Positions 36,267 to 50,150 of a stretch of DNA of 64,000 nucleotides are shown piece after piece. The DNA is from Phaeosaccion multiseriatum. Taxonomy: Eukaryota; Protista; Ochrophyta, other classes. Location of the stretch: the NCBI GenBank assembly GCA_965112735.1, contig OZ218952.1, positions 4,464,001 to 4,528,000 of the forward strand. The letters run 5' to 3'. Positions within the stretch are counted from its first letter, which is position 1. Each line of letters begins with the position of its first letter. A program made the position numbers and the translations under genes. The notes under the pieces were generated by a model. That model saw nothing but the letters and a program-made list of their open reading frames with translations, made no database searches and had not been told where the DNA came from.

Positions 36267-39200
36267 CGTCTCTTTCTCCCTCTCCACGTCCTGGCGTGCC
36301 AAGGTCTCGGCAGAAGTGGTGGACCTTGTGTCCTCTCTCCTGAGTGAGCAAGACGATGGCTTCTCCTCTTCCTCCCCCTCCCCCTCCAGCGGTAGCGGCA
36401 TGACGCCGGGCAAGCTTCGTAAGGCTGTCATGGCTCTTGATGCGGAGGGCAAAGGCTCCAGAGCTCAGCCGAGCGGCATCGACTCCATCATGCCGGGTTC
36501 ACAGCAAGTCTCGGACGACGCCAACACACTGAAACTCATGGTCAAGATGTTTGTGGACATGGACGGCGATGGCAGTCCATGCCCACATGAGACGCTGCGA
36601 GCGGCGGGGCTGCGCCTTGTGGCGGCTTACATGGCTCAGACAGCAGCAGCTAAAGGAGGGGGGGGGGGCTTTGGGTTAGGAGAGAACGGCCGCCGCTTGA
36701 TCAAGGGGAGCATGGTCTATGGCACCTCAGGGATTGGAAGCGGCATTGATCTTAGCGGGGTGTTGCTCACGGATGAGGGAGGAGTAGGGGGGGATGCGGG
36801 AGGCAGCTCGGGTAAGCTTATGAGCCTGCTCTTCCCCTTCCTTTCGGAGGTGCTGCAGAGGCGACGGCACGAGCTCGGCCTAGAGACCTACACAGCCCTT
36901 CTTGAGATGGCGCTGGCACGTGTGGAAGATGAGGAGGGGTGGAGGAGCTTCGAGCAGTGTGCGGAGCGATTCTCTTATTCTTCCTCTTCCGAGCAGAGAC
37001 AAGGGTCACATCGAAGGGGGGGAGGAGTAGGATGGGGGGGGGGGGGACAAGTAGGGGGAGGAGGAGGAGGAGGAGGAGGAGGAGGAGGGGTGGTGCCCGA
37101 TTGGGGCGGTGTTGGGGGCTTGAGCGACGACGAAGACGACGACGACGAAGAGGGGCAGGAGGAGGAGGAGCAGGAGCAAGAGGGCGAGGGAGCAGGAGGC
37201 GTGGAAGCGATGGCAGTGGATGGCTCTAGCAATCAGCTACGCATTCCCGTGGTGCGCAACCTGCTGGCGCTTGTGCTGCTCTTCCGCGTGCTGCAATTTA
37301 TGCCCAACGACGTGCAATGCCGAGCGCACGGAGATCTGCTGCTTATCCTCAAAGTAAGTCAGAGAGAGAGAGAAGCAGAGAGAGAGAGAGGGAGGAAAGG
37401 CGGCAAGGCAAGGGAAGGGAGTCAGTCTTTCTTTCTCCCTCATCCTCTCCTCTCGAGGCTTGTCTTCTCTCTCTGTCTGTCTGTCTGTCTGTCTTCTCAA
37501 AGCCCCTCCCTTGACGGGTCAATCCGTCACACAACTGAAACTGAACCTGTTTCTGAAACGGTTCCTTTCTTCCCTTCGTTCCCCCGCGTTTTTGTGTTTT
37601 CTCTCTTAATTTTGCATCGCTTCTTTTTGGTTTGCTCCTTTGCTTGCCACACCCCCTCAGCTGAATCCCGACAACAGAAACCGGCTGCTGGCCGCGACCT
37701 CGAGCAGAGCGAGCAGAGGAGACGTTTGCTGGGGCACTTGGCAGCGCTGCTTGTTCTCCATCCTTGCTCCGCTCTTCCAGCAGGCTCCAGACGAGGGCAC
37801 AGCAGCTGGTGCTACCGCAGTAGCAGCAGGAGCAGAAGGAGGAGCGGCAGCAGCAGCAGTAGTAGTAGCAGGAGGAGGAGGAGGAGGAGGAGGAGGAAGA
37901 GGAAAGAAGCAAAGCCACCTCCTCGTGCTGGAGCTATACGTCCTCCTCCTAAGTCACATCCTCAAGTCGGATGACGACGGGTTCAAAGACGTGGAGCTTG
38001 CGTCTAGTCTCCAGAGACTCACTCATCACGGCCGTACCATCAGCCGGGTGATCCTGGCAGGCTTGGCGGCTTCAGTGAGACCGGATCCGGCTTGTGCCTC
38101 ACGGAAACAGCGTCCCTTGTGGACGAATGCCGTGCATTTGCTGTTTTGGGGGGCGGGCGTTGTGTGTGAAGCGCAGTCACCAACCACGGCCGGCTTGTTG
38201 ATGCAGGAGCGAGGAGAGGAGGGGGCGTATGATGATGATGATGATGATGATGCTACGGTTACAGCGGACGAGTGGGTGGACTACCGGGGGAAGGGGGTGA
38301 AGGATCTGTTTAAAAGGGAAGGGGGAGCAGGAGGAGGAGGGGGGGGGGGGGGACGTCGGGGTAGTGGTGGTGGTGGTGGAGGAGGAGGATGTGTAGGAGC
38401 TGACTCCTCAGTGGATGGGCTGAGTGTCCTGTACCTCGCACACGAGCTTCTGCTCCTCTTCGACAGTATGGGGGGCTCAGACTACTCCAAGGCCATGAAG
38501 CTGGTGGTGATACAAAGCCCCTTGGCGACGGAGAGTAAGTCAATGAGGCGCAACAAGGAGCAGCTGCTGCTTTCTCTCTTGCGAATGAGCTTACTGGTGG
38601 TGGCGCGAGTGCATCCTGCGTGGAGCAAGGTGGCCGGAGAGGCCGTTTGCAGACTACGGTTGCTGGTGCAGTGCGTTGTGAGCATTGGGAACAAGCTGGT
38701 GGGCGCCGGGGGCGGGGATTGCAATGCCGCGGATGGGTGGGTGTTGGTGGTATTGGCACATGTGTTGGCAGCGACGCGACGGATTTGGAAGTTTGTGAAT
38801 CGTCAGTGTCGACTCGAGAAGGAGGGCAAGCTCCTTTTGCAGCGCCTCGACCACGAGCAGCGACAACAACACCGCCGCAGCATACAGCAGCAGCAGCTCG
38901 TGCAGCTCAGAGCCATGCAAGAGGAGGTGAAGAACGTGCGATCGACGTGTGAGTTCATCCACGGCTTACTGGCCGATGTGCTGCAAGCCAAAGGGGTGGA
39001 CCTCTTGATGTCGCATCTCGGGAGAGGGACGGCCTCGGCTCTGCTTGCGGCGGTGGAGAGTCGAATCCCTTCGTCATGTTCCTCTTTTTCTTCAGGCAGC
39101 TCAGGCACTGCGTCCTCAGGCTCCACCGACTACCCGGGAGCGGGGGGGGGAGAGAAGGGGGTGGAGGATAGGCCGTGGGGACAACTCCTGCTTGAGCTCA

Positions 39201-42200
39201 AGTGGATTCAGGACAGCCCCCTGTTGAGGACCGGAGGCCTCTCCGCCGAAGGAGGAGGAGGAGGAGGAGGCAGCAGCAGCGGCGGCGTCAGCAGCAGTAG
39301 CACTGGTGGCAGTGGTAGTAGTAGTAGTAGTAGTAGTAGCAGTAGCAGCAGTCATGTGGGCAGGAGCAGCGGCAGCAACAGAGTCTCAGATGGCAGCAGC
39401 ATTCACAGCAGTGACACTGTCTCCGATGCGGTTATTGAGCAGCTTCAGACCGCCCAGGCGGAGGAGGGACGCACCGTGCAAGCAGTGACGACACAAGTAC
39501 AGCTGCGGTGGGAAGAGTTTCTGAAGCTAGCCTCAGCCTCTGGGGGGGTGGGAGGAGGAGGAGGGGGAGGAGGAGGAGGAGGAGGAGGGGGAGGAGGAGG
39601 AGGAGGAGGAGGTGGTGGTGGTGGTGGAGGAGGAGGGGGGGGGGGGACGAGCAAGGGAACAACAACGGAGAGTATTCTCTCAAACATGCTCGGGGAGCTA
39701 CGGAGGCGGGGGGTGAAGGAGGAGCAGCAGTTGGTGATACAGCACGAGAGGCGTCTAGAGGCCGTGCGTCGCCAGTGGGAGGCTCGGGAGAAGCAATTAG
39801 ACACGGAGGCGTGGTCGCCTTGGAGTTCGAAGGACCCCTCGGTACTCAAGTTTTGGAAACTCTCGTCTTACAAGGACAAGAGGATGAGGCAGATGTTGCT
39901 CGTGCCCAACCCGGACGGGAGCAGCCACTTGGAGGCCTCGCATGAAGACAGCAAGGAGAGAGAGAGGGAGAAGGAGAGGGCACGTCGCCTCTTGGCTGCT
40001 GCCGGCGCAGAGGAGAGGCAACAGCAGGAGCAGTTGGTGATACAGCAGCAGGAGCAGGAGCAGGAGCTGGCAAATGTGGTGCGCCCCCCTGTGCCCAATG
40101 CCAAGGGGTGGGGCGAGGCTAGCGACGGCTTCTCCAGCCAGGAGGAGGAGGAGGAGGAGGATGATGAGGGAGACGAGGAGGAGGAAGGCGACTACTTGGG
40201 AGCCGGTGAAGAAGGACAAGAAGGAGACGGAGCACGAGACGAATCACAAGCTCAAGCCCGAGCTCACCAGGAGCCCCCGCCCCTCTCTCCCACGAGCAAG
40301 TCCGGTGGTGGTGGTGGTGTTGGTGGTGGTGGTGTTGGTGGGGGAGGCTCTCACTCCAAGTCTGTGTCGATGTCTTCTACCGCTGCCTCTGTCTTCTCGA
40401 CGTCGACTTCCGCGGAATGGGAGGAGGTGACGGCATCCATGGCCCGAGCTGCCGAGGTGGAGCAGTCCGGGTGGATGCAGGACGGAGACTCTGTACTCGG
40501 GCATTGGCAGGTGCAAATGGTCCTCCCTCAGTGTTTGGTGGAAGGTGTTTTATCCCTCACGAGCACCACGAGCAGCAACGCCAACGCCTCCTGCCTGCGC
40601 TTTCACGCGACGAAAGACCCTCGGGAGCTCGGGGGATCTTCGGTTATGCAGGAGTCGGCAAGCAACAAGGCCGCCGCCGATCAGCAGCAGAGCGCTGGTA
40701 GTAGTGGATGTGGTGGTGGCGGCGGGGCGAGAGCAACGCGAGTGTCATCTTCAGCGTCTTCTTCCTCCTCCAGGCCCTCCTCTACCAGCAACCGCAGCAG
40801 CAAGACCAAGCGCAATCGCCTTGGCAAGAGCGACAGCGAGAACATGTGCAAGGTGGAGAGCAGCAATAAGAGCAGGCACCCCTTCAGCCACATTCAGGCA
40901 GGCTACTCGCGCATCTGGCGTCTGGAACAGCTCCGAGAGATTCACCTGCGCCGCTTCTTGCTCAGTCCTCGTGCCGTGGAGCTGTTTTGGGCCGACAGCC
41001 AAGAAGTGTTTATGGCCTTTACCAATGTCAAGGCTCGGCAGGCCTTTAGTCGGACGCTGCGAAAGGAGCACCACGCCACTCCGCTCATGACGTGGCCCAA
41101 GCGAGGCAGCAGCATGCACCCCCGTCAGGTGTGTGTGTGTGTGATGTGTGTGATGTGTGTGATGTGTGTGTGTGTGTGGGGGGGGGGGGGGGCTGGAGGT
41201 GCGTGCGATGCTGTTTATCCTCTGCTCATATACCTTTACCCTGCCGTACCCATACACCTCTACCTCTCTCTCTCCTCTCAGGTGCTAAAGGCCGCCAAGC
41301 TTACAGAGGCCTGGCGAAGGAGAGAGGTCACCAACTTCGAATACTTAATGCGGCTCAACGTCATTGCAGGGAGGAGCTACAATGACATCACTCAGTACCC
41401 GGTCTTCCCTTGGGTCATCAAAGACTACACCTCTGCCACCCTGGACCTCAACGATCCAGCAACCTTCCGCGACTTGAACAAGCCCATTGGGGCGTTGAAC
41501 GAGGATCGCCTCGCGGCCTTTATGGAGAGGTAGGTACACCTCATTGGGTACCGAAGTTACTAGTGGGTACCGAAGTGGGGATGTATCGAAGGGTCTGGTC
41601 TGTAGAGCGAGCGAGCGACTGAGCAAATGTTATGGATGATGTCATGGTCCCTCTCCCCCCTCCCTCTCCCCCCTTCTACTCACAGGTTCGACGCCTTCGA
41701 AGACCCAGTGGTGCCGAAGTTCATGTACGGCTCTCATTACTCCTCCGCAGGCATCGTGTTACACTACCTCATGCGCCAAGTACGTACAGTTGGCAGTTTC
41801 AGAAAGTGGCATGGTTTCAGTTTCAGTTTTTTTACCTCTTTGTTTCAGTTTCGGTTTGTTGACCCCAGACTCTGACCAAACTAAACTTGACTAAATTATG
41901 CCTTCTTCCTTCCTTCCCTTCATGCTGACTACCTCTTCCTCTTCTTTACCACCCTCTCTCTTTCTTTCTCTTTCTCTCTCTTCGAACTGAACTCCTTCTT
42001 GTCTTCCCCCCCGTCCACAGGAGCCCTTCACATCGCTCCACATCAACTTGCAGGGGGGCCGCTTTGATTGCGCTGATCGGATATTCTTTGACATCGCCCA
42101 GAGCTGGCATGGGTGCCTCCACAGGTGGGTGGGGGCCGTGCCCATATGCCTCTGTCTGTCTTGGTTGGACTGGCTGGATGTTTGCCTGTCTGTCTTGGCT

Positions 42201-42293
42201 GGACTGGCTGGATGTTTGCCTGCCTGCCTGTCTGTCTGTCAGTCAGTCTGTCTGTCTGTCTGTGTGTCCCTCAGTCAGTCTGTCGGTCAGTCA

Positions 42294-42329
<36 letters not shown>

Positions 42330-45300
42330 GCCTGCCTCCTGCCTGTCGGGTCTCCCCTCCTTTGTGCTTTGCAAGAAAGAGGAAGGAACGAAAGGCCCTC
42401 TTACCTTCCTGTTGCTCCTCCCTCCCCTCCCCTCCCCTCCCCCCGTACCCCTCTAGCATGAGTGATGTGAAGGAGCTCGTGCCAGAGTTCTACTGCTGTC
42501 CTGAGGTGTTCATCAACTCGAGCAAGCTCCCCCTGGGCACGCTGCAGGACGACAGGGGAAGCGTTGATGATGTGCGCCTCCCGCCTTGGGCAGAGGTGTG
42601 TGCGGTGTGCGTGCTGTGTGTGTATGTGACAAGTGGAGGAGTGGAGGAGTGGAGTGGGGTTTGTGGAGTAAAAGGGGCCCTGAGCCTCTGTGGAGATGTC
42701 CTCTGCTTTGTGGGGCGGGGGTTGTAACCGCCGAGGAGGATGCTCGCGATATCTCAGAGTGATGACATCTCACGCCTCCCTCCCTCCCCTCCCTCTCTTC
42801 CTCCCTCCCTCCCTCCCTCCCTCCCTCCCTCCCTCCCTCCCTCCCTCCCTCCCTCCCTCCCTCCCTCCCTCCCTCCCTCCCTCCCTCACCCCCTCCTCTC
42901 ACACCATCCACTGCCATCCCCACCCTTGCCTGCCCTGCACTCACAGAACGCACACGACTTTGTGCGACTGAACAGACAGGCGCTGGAGTGCGAGTACGTG
43001 TCTCGCAACCTTCACAAGTGGATCGACCTTGTGTTCGGCTTCAAACAACGCATGCCGCACGCCCTGGACGCGAGGAACGTCTTCTACTTCCTCACCTACG
43101 AGGGGGCGGTGGATGTTGAGGCCATCGAGGATCCGCTGCAGGTGGCTGTGGTTTGGTTGTTAGAAGTGGGTGGGTGGGTGGGTGGGTGGGTGAGGCGGAA
43201 GTTGGGGTAGGGTGAGTGGGTGGGGTGTTGGTTGTTTGGTGTGTGGTTGTTTGTTGGGACATTGGTTGTCTTCTCACCTGCTTGTCATTTGTAATCCGTT
43301 TTTGTACCTCACCATTTGTCGGCCTTCGTTTTTGTGCCGTGCCGTGTCTCTGTGTGCCCTCCCTCGCAGCGTGAGGCGACGGAAGCGCAAATTGCGCACT
43401 TTGGCCAAACACCTTCGCAGCTCTTTACGGAGCCACACCCGCCCCGCATGCCCCCAGAGGTGAGGGACAGGAGGATGGAGAGGAGCTGAAGGAGGGAAGC
43501 GATGGCCATGATGCGTATTCTCCTCTCCGTTGTTCCATCCACTGCCATCCCCTCTCGGTTGTGCCCTCCACTGCCATCTCCTCTCGGTTGTGCCCTCCCC
43601 ACCTCCGCTCTGCTTCCCCTCTCCATCCACTGCCATCCCCTCTCTCCCGCAACACGTCTAAACGCGCTCTGCTCTCTGCACTGTCCCCCCTCTTCCTCCC
43701 TCCCTCCCTCCCTGTTCCCAACAGGAGTGCATCCTGCCCTGCTTCAGTCGGACGGGAAGCCTCTCGAACCTCCGAGTGTACACTTCCGCCAAGCAGCCGG
43801 GCAGGGGCGGTCGGCACGGAGCAGTGGCGAGCACGCACATCGGTTCGGATCGACTCATTCTCGTGCATGCAGACCTCTTTGTCACGACTTTCACCTTTGG
43901 GAGAGAGCCGGATGGGGATGGACTGCCCTTCACGCTAACTCAGGAGAGGGGCAAGCAGCTGCCGGCTCATGGGCTGTCCATTAGCAAGGGGCAGAAGCCA
44001 GGGCTAGGGGGCCTTTTCCAGCCGTTGCCGCTGCCGCAGCTGCAGCAGCACGGCAAGAAGAAGAAGGGCAAGAAAGAGAAGGAGAGGGAGAAGGACGGTA
44101 AGGGAGGGGGTGAGGGCAGCAGCAGCAGCAGCGGAAGGTCAGGGATGGCCACCTTGTTTGGCAAGTTCTCCTCATCCAAGCAGAGCAGCACCGTCACCAG
44201 CACCAGCGGCAGCAGTGGCGGTACCACCACCACCACCGGCAGCAGCAGCAGCACCAGTGGCACCAGTAGCGGGGCCAGTAGCGGTGGCTTCAACAGCAGC
44301 CACCAGCGCAAGAGGTCTATCCTGTCACAAACACCCCCCTCCAAAGTAGCAGCGGCCGAAGCGGAGGCCCGTGAAGCAGCACGTGAAGCAGGTAGGACTG
44401 CGTCACTTGCGTCACGACTCGCGGACGGCTCAGGGGGGGGGGGGGGGTCCGGTCCTGCGGCAGGACCAGTTGGTGATACAGCAGCAGCAGCATCGACCGG
44501 TGGGGCATTGGAGCTTCAGCGTCTGCCCGGGAGGCTCGGAGGGGGGGGAGGGAGGAGGAGGAGGAGGCGGGGGAGGAGGGGGAGGAGGGGGAGGGAGCGG
44601 GGGAGGTGGAGAGCGGCTGTTGAGTTGTGGTTACTACGACCACGCAGTCAAGAGCAACGCATTGGATGGCACTTCACTCAAGCAGCAAGACTCATCACAG
44701 GGGGGTCACATTGGCGCTGTGAACTGCCTGCAGATGGATGAGCAGGGCACCCTGCTTGTGACGGGCGGGCAGGACGGTACCAGTCGGGTGTGGGTGGTGG
44801 GCAACCCGTCTATGGCATATGCCTTGGCGACTGCTAGCGGCGGGCATAACACAGCAGTTGGTGATACGGACACCGCAGCTGGGGTGTGCATGGGGGTGGG
44901 AAGTGGGGGTGGCGTTTCAGAAATGCTGGCGGGAAGCAAGGGCAACGGCGGTGGAGGAGGGGGAGCAGGGGGGGGCGGAGGTGCAGGGGCGGCGGGGGGG
45001 GGGGTTCTGCAATGCGTACACGTGTTGTGGGGGCATGAGGACCCGGTGACCTGCGTGGCGGTGGTGGCGGCGTTGGATTTGGCGGTTTCAGGGGCTGCGG
45101 ATGGAAGGATTGTGACCCATCGAGTGAGCAAGGGGAACTTCGTGCGGCAGTTCTTCCTCCCTACTGCGGAGGATGTGAGATTGGCCGATGGAGGAGGAGG
45201 AGGAGGAGGAGGAGAACAGGTCTACAGCGAAGGAAGAGGGGTGGAGGCGAGTCTGATCGTCCTCTCCTGCCACGGAGATATGGTGGTGCATAGCTGGAGC

Positions 45301-45633
45301 GATTCGTCTCTGCACCACTTTGGCCTAAACGGAGCAAGGCTGGCGAGGGGAGACACATCCTGCAAACTAAGTTGCATCTTGGCCACACACGACGGGGAGA
45401 TGTTGGTGGAGGCGGGGATGGATGGACGGGTGGTGGTGAGGACCATTCATCAGTTGCAGCAGGTGCATGTGATCGATCTGTCTACAGGGGGTGCTATCAC
45501 TTGCTTGCATCTGTGCAGAGACGATCAGTACCTGGTGATTGGGAGGGAGAGTGGGGAGTTTGCCGTGTGTACGGATGCGCGCACACGGCTCAAGATGTTG
45601 GACCTTGCCCTGCAGAAGGCCTTCGTTGGGTGA
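32507..45633 (+). CDS. BEACH-domain protein (neurobeachin/LvsA-like: ConA-like, PH-BEACH, WD40), multi-exon
   Basis: [16 protein letters not shown]; [13 protein letters not shown]; PH region [16 protein letters not shown]; BEACH motifs [70 protein letters not shown]; WD40 repeats [18 protein letters not shown]. Needs one frameshift near 44433-44447. Confidence 0.93.
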
Positions 45634-47388
45634 GGAGGGTGGACGGATGGCAGTGGAGGGGATGGGGAAGGATGGAAGCGGAGGGGAGGGACGGTGAGGG
45701 GGTGATGGTGCTGGTGGGGGCAGTAGTGGAGGGGAGGGCGAGCAAGGAGGGCGGGCTGTCGCACATCGCACACATGTATCGCATCGTGTGGCGTCGCTGA
45801 ATGCGCATTGGGCCCATCCACCCTCCGTCCACCCTTGGGGTAAGCCCTTGGGGTAAGCTGTTTTGTTTTGTTTGATGATTCGTTCGTTCCGCTCCCCGGA
45901 ACGTGCTTACCATTGGGTACAGCCACACACACATGCTCTCTCTCTCACATACACACAGCCACACACACAGCCACCAGCAGCAATGAAGGGGAATGAATGA
46001 TATGTACAGCTGGGCGAGAGAAGAGCGAGGGATTGGGGTGAATTGATTGGGCTAACATAGAGAGAAAGCCCTCTTTGAAAAGAGAGAGAGAAGGGTTGAA
46101 ATAAACCGCGAAAATGTCCATTATTTATCATTTTTTAAAAAATTAACTTTAAAAAAATTAAAACATGAAAAGGTAGATGGCAAATGTGTGTGCAATAGCG
46201 ACAAAGGGGCCTTCCAAGGCCGTAAATGAACGTGGGTAGGTCCTGCTTACGTAAGACTACGAAGTACGGTAAACAGGATGAAACAAAAGTCCCATCGTTT
46301 CTGGGGAGTGAGTGGAAGTTCTTCGCGAGCAACAACCAAAATGAAGACACGCAGACTTCTGGAGGAAGTGGAGGAGAGGTTTGTGGTCAACTCAACCAAC
46401 CAAAAGTAACCAAGTAGCTCAGCTCCCTTCTTTGTCGCCGACCTCTGGCCGATCTCGACTTGGCCTGTGCGGACGGCTCCGTTGTGTACCCATCCCCTTT
46501 ACCAGAGGGCCAGTGGCTCCAGTGCCTCTCCAACAGCCCCAACAGTGCCACAGCTGAGGATCAATAGTCCTCATCCCCCCCCCCCCCCTCATGCACACGC
46601 ACGCACACGCGCGCTGAGGATTGCTGTGTGTGATATCTTGTGACCCCCAACTCATTCCGCTGTTCCATTCTCCTCCCAATGGAAGCAGCAGTACAGCAGC
46701 AGGCCCTCCCTCAAGAGGCGTGTGAGCGTTGGTTGTTTCATGCATCGATGGCTTGGGTTTGTCGCGTCCATCGATCATCAATCGATCGCTTTAGCGACGC
46801 TGCCGTTGCCACGCGCGACAGCTACTGCAGTTGCTGTATTACCAACTGCTGCTGCTGCTGCTGCGCCTGCTGTATCTCCAACTGCAGACCAGCCCTTCCC
46901 CTGAAAGGAAGGAAAAAATGGACCACAGCGCCCCAGCACGACGATTACGGCGTATGGTGGCCGTGAGACGCAGCGGGACGGGGGTCTGCGGAGCAAGGGG
47001 ACAGACATAGCCACCCTTTGTCTGTCTGTCCGTAGTGAAGGCCCCGCTGCTACTGCTGCTGCTGCTGCTGTTGACAAACCATCGCATCAGTGACAGAGGG
47101 GGCACTACGCGTTTCCCTTCCAATGATTCTTCTGTTCCTCTGGTGTCTGGCCCCCGATAAAAACCAGGTGCGAGAGGGCTTCGGGAACACGGGAAGACCA
47201 GAGCCAGAGCCACCAAGTGCAGCGACGTCGATGCATCATAAGCGCAGCTGAGTTGATGCATCTGCACCACCACATGGCACACGAATTTCGTCAACCAATC
47301 AAGTCCGCAGCATGCAAGCAGCAACACCCCAAGTCTAATAGCCTCTGGCGTGTGTCCAAACAGAGCCTCTGGTGTGTGTGTATGACGC

Positions 47389-47922
47389 TCACATGACCCA
47401 AAAGACGTACACAAGGAAGCCCATGTTCACCACAAACGCCAGAGAGCAGAAGATGACCACCATGGTGTTCTTACCGAGGCCTGAAGTGGTGTCTGTACCT
47501 GGAAGGTTCCCGTCCCCATCCCCAATTGCGGCACCTGCGGCACCTCCGCCCAGGCCAGCCGTCCCCTCCGCCGCGTCTTCCTGCCGGCTATCCTCGCTGC
47601 CACCCTTCTCTATCACCACAGCCGGCTTGTCCTGAGAGGCTCCGCTTATCCGAGAGTCGTACCCTCCCCCCTCTTCTCCCGTTCCTTCCCCTTCTTCTGC
47701 AACTCTTTGCGCTTTGCCTGGCAGTAACACGGTGTCCGGCTGCTGAGCGGCGGAAGCTCCTTCGTCAACCCGCGAGATGCCGTCTATTGTAGAGCTCTCC
47801 ACCTCCACCTCGTCGCCTTCGCTAATGGCAGAGGCCACCACCCGCAACAAGAGCAGCAGTAGAGGGAGGAGGAGCACGTGCCGGTGTCCCCTCCGCTGCT
47901 GCTTCCTCCGTCTGGTGAACAT
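47389..47922 (-). CDS. Small single-pass membrane protein (signal peptide, acidic linker, C-terminal TM)
   Basis: 177-aa ORF with [17 protein letters not shown] and terminal MVVIFCSLAFVVNMGFLVYVFWVM. Confidence 0.6.
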   Translation of the reverse strand: MFTRRRKQQRRGHRHVLLLPLLLLLLRVVASAISEGDEVEVESSTIDGISRVDEGASAAQQPDTVLLPGKAQRVAEEGEGTGEEGGGYDSRISGASQDKPAVVIEKGGSEDSRQEDAAEGTAGLGGGAAGAAIGDGDGNLPGTDTTSGLGKNTMVVIFCSLAFVVNMGFLVYVFWVM

Positions 47923-48145
47923 GTTTGCCGTGATCTATGGCCTTATCTACATACAGCCTCAAGCAATGCGCTTCGCTCGCACAGCCCCACCTCCCTCCTC
48001 TCTTCGCTCTTATTCTCGTCTCTGTGAGCTTGGCTGCAGTGTCGGGTGGGGGAGGGAGCGAGGCCCCGACAGCTGAAACTAAAACCGGCACCTGGAAGCC
48101 ACGTTTTTTCGTTGTTTGCGGCTTATCCTCCGTACAGAGAGAGGG

Positions 48146-50150
48146 ATGCCTCCCAACGGAGCAACTTCTGCTAGGTGAGATACCTGCTACATCTGTGGGA
48201 TCTTTGGCTCTCCTGGCTCGCCCTTGGGTCATCATTTTACGACGTTCAACCTCCCCCTTCTCCAACTCGAATCTGTCCTTCCCTCCTCAGCTCGTCCGCT
48301 CTGTGCGTCCCTACCTGCGTACTCGTCCCCCCCGCCCCCCCAACTCGATCTCCTTTGTCTTCTGACCAGCAGGAGTGGTGACAGTGTCGCTCAATGTTCG
48401 CCAGGGATGGAGAGAAAAAGAAAACGAGCGAAACCTGCGCCCATCGATGTAAAGGCGGCGCCACAAGGAGGCTTTGTGGAGAGTAGGGCGTCTCGTTTCC
48501 ACGACGATCTCAATCTTGCGGTTCTGCTCATCATGAGCGTAACGGCAGGAATCGCCATGTTTGTGCATAGGTCAGTCAGAGAGGAGAGGAACGAGAAGAG
48601 GGAAGGAGCGATTGACTATCTGTTCCCGGCATATCCTTCTTCGTCCTCTCTTCCTCTCCTCTCTGACTCACCCCTCGCTCTCCGCTTTCTCTCTGCTCTC
48701 TCTCCCTCGCTGCCTGCTCTCTCTCTCCGCGCGCGCTCTCTCTCTCTCCGCTCTCTCTCTCCGCTCTCTCTCTCTCTCCGCTCTCTTGCTCTCCGCTCTC
48801 TCTGCTCTCCCTCCCCTCTCCCTCTCCCTCTCTCTTCCTCCCCCCCTTATACCACTACCCGACCAACCTACCCAATCAAACCGCACACACCACTCTTGTC
48901 TGTCTCTGTTGCTCTCCGCTCTCTCTCCCTGCTCTCCCTCCCCTCTCCCTCCCCCCTCTCCCTCTCTCTTTCTCCCTTGATTCCACTACCCGACCACCCA
49001 CCCAACCCCAAACCGCACACACCACACCAGCCACACCGTCCAGTACGGCTTGACAGTCTTTGCAGTGCTGTACATGGTGCTGGACGGCATCTGGATCTGC
49101 TTCAACAGAACTGCAGTCAAGTCCCCCAACACTGTCATTGGGCACCACATTGCCACTCTGGTGTGCCTCTCTGACCCCCTTCTGCAGCCCCAGCACGCCT
49201 TCTACTCTGCGTGTGCCCTCATTGTCGAGTTCAACACGCTGCTGCTCATCGTGAGGAGGCGAGTCGAGTGGGGCCGCCTCATTGAGATTCCCTTCGCAGT
49301 CACATGGGTAGGGCTGCGGCTAATATGGTAAGTCAGCAATCACACTCGAGGCTCAGTCTAAAGTATTGGGAGGAGCGTGGGGGAAGGAAAGGGGCAGACG
49401 CCACTGCAACGCCTTTGTAACGCCTTTGTAACGCTTGTTGAAGGCGAGGGTCCGCTGAGGTAGAGAAGCGGAGAGCGGGAGGGAGGAGCGGGCCGATGCG
49501 AGCTGTCTTGGTTGTGGTCTGGTTCGTCCAACCTATCTATCCACTCAGCTCCCAAAGCCGTCCCCAAATCAACCCTCGCCCCAACACGAACTTGACTTGT
49601 CGGAAGCATGCGAGTGGACCCAAAAAAAAAAAATTAAACTGAAACTGAAGCTCACCCCCAACCCCTCCCCCCGGCCCCTTAACTTAGGTACCCCTTCTTG
49701 GGGTTCCACATGACGATGTGTGCCTTCCCCAGCTGGGGTCTGGAGGTATTCCCCAAGGTGCTCGTGGACTGGCGCTTCCGAGTAGAGGAGGGGCACCCCG
49801 TGCCGATGATGCTGCCGAGCTACGTGGCCTGGATGGTACGTCACCTCGCCTCGCTCATTCACTCACTCACTCACTCACTCACTCACTCACTCACTCACTC
49901 ACTCACTCACTCACTCACTCACTCACTCACTCACTCACTCACTCACTCACTCACTCACTCACCCAACCCCCTTCCACCCTTCACATTCCCTCCCTCCCCT
50001 CGCTCCTCCCCCCCCTCTTAGGGCATATGTTGTTTCCAATGTTGGTGGAGCCTGGCCCTGTTCCGCTCGTACAAGAAGAAATACGACGGCTCAGGGAGCA
50101 CTCCTGCTTGCACCCCCGACTCAGCCTCGGCCAGCAAAAAGTACCTCTAA
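48146..50150 (+). CDS. TLC (TRAM/LAG1/CLN8)-domain membrane protein, multi-exon
   Basis: Y..LD, VIGHHIATL, LIVEFNTLLLIVRR and TWVGLRLIWYP follow the TLC pattern; upstream exon MPPNGATSAR splices in frame. Confidence 0.75.
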
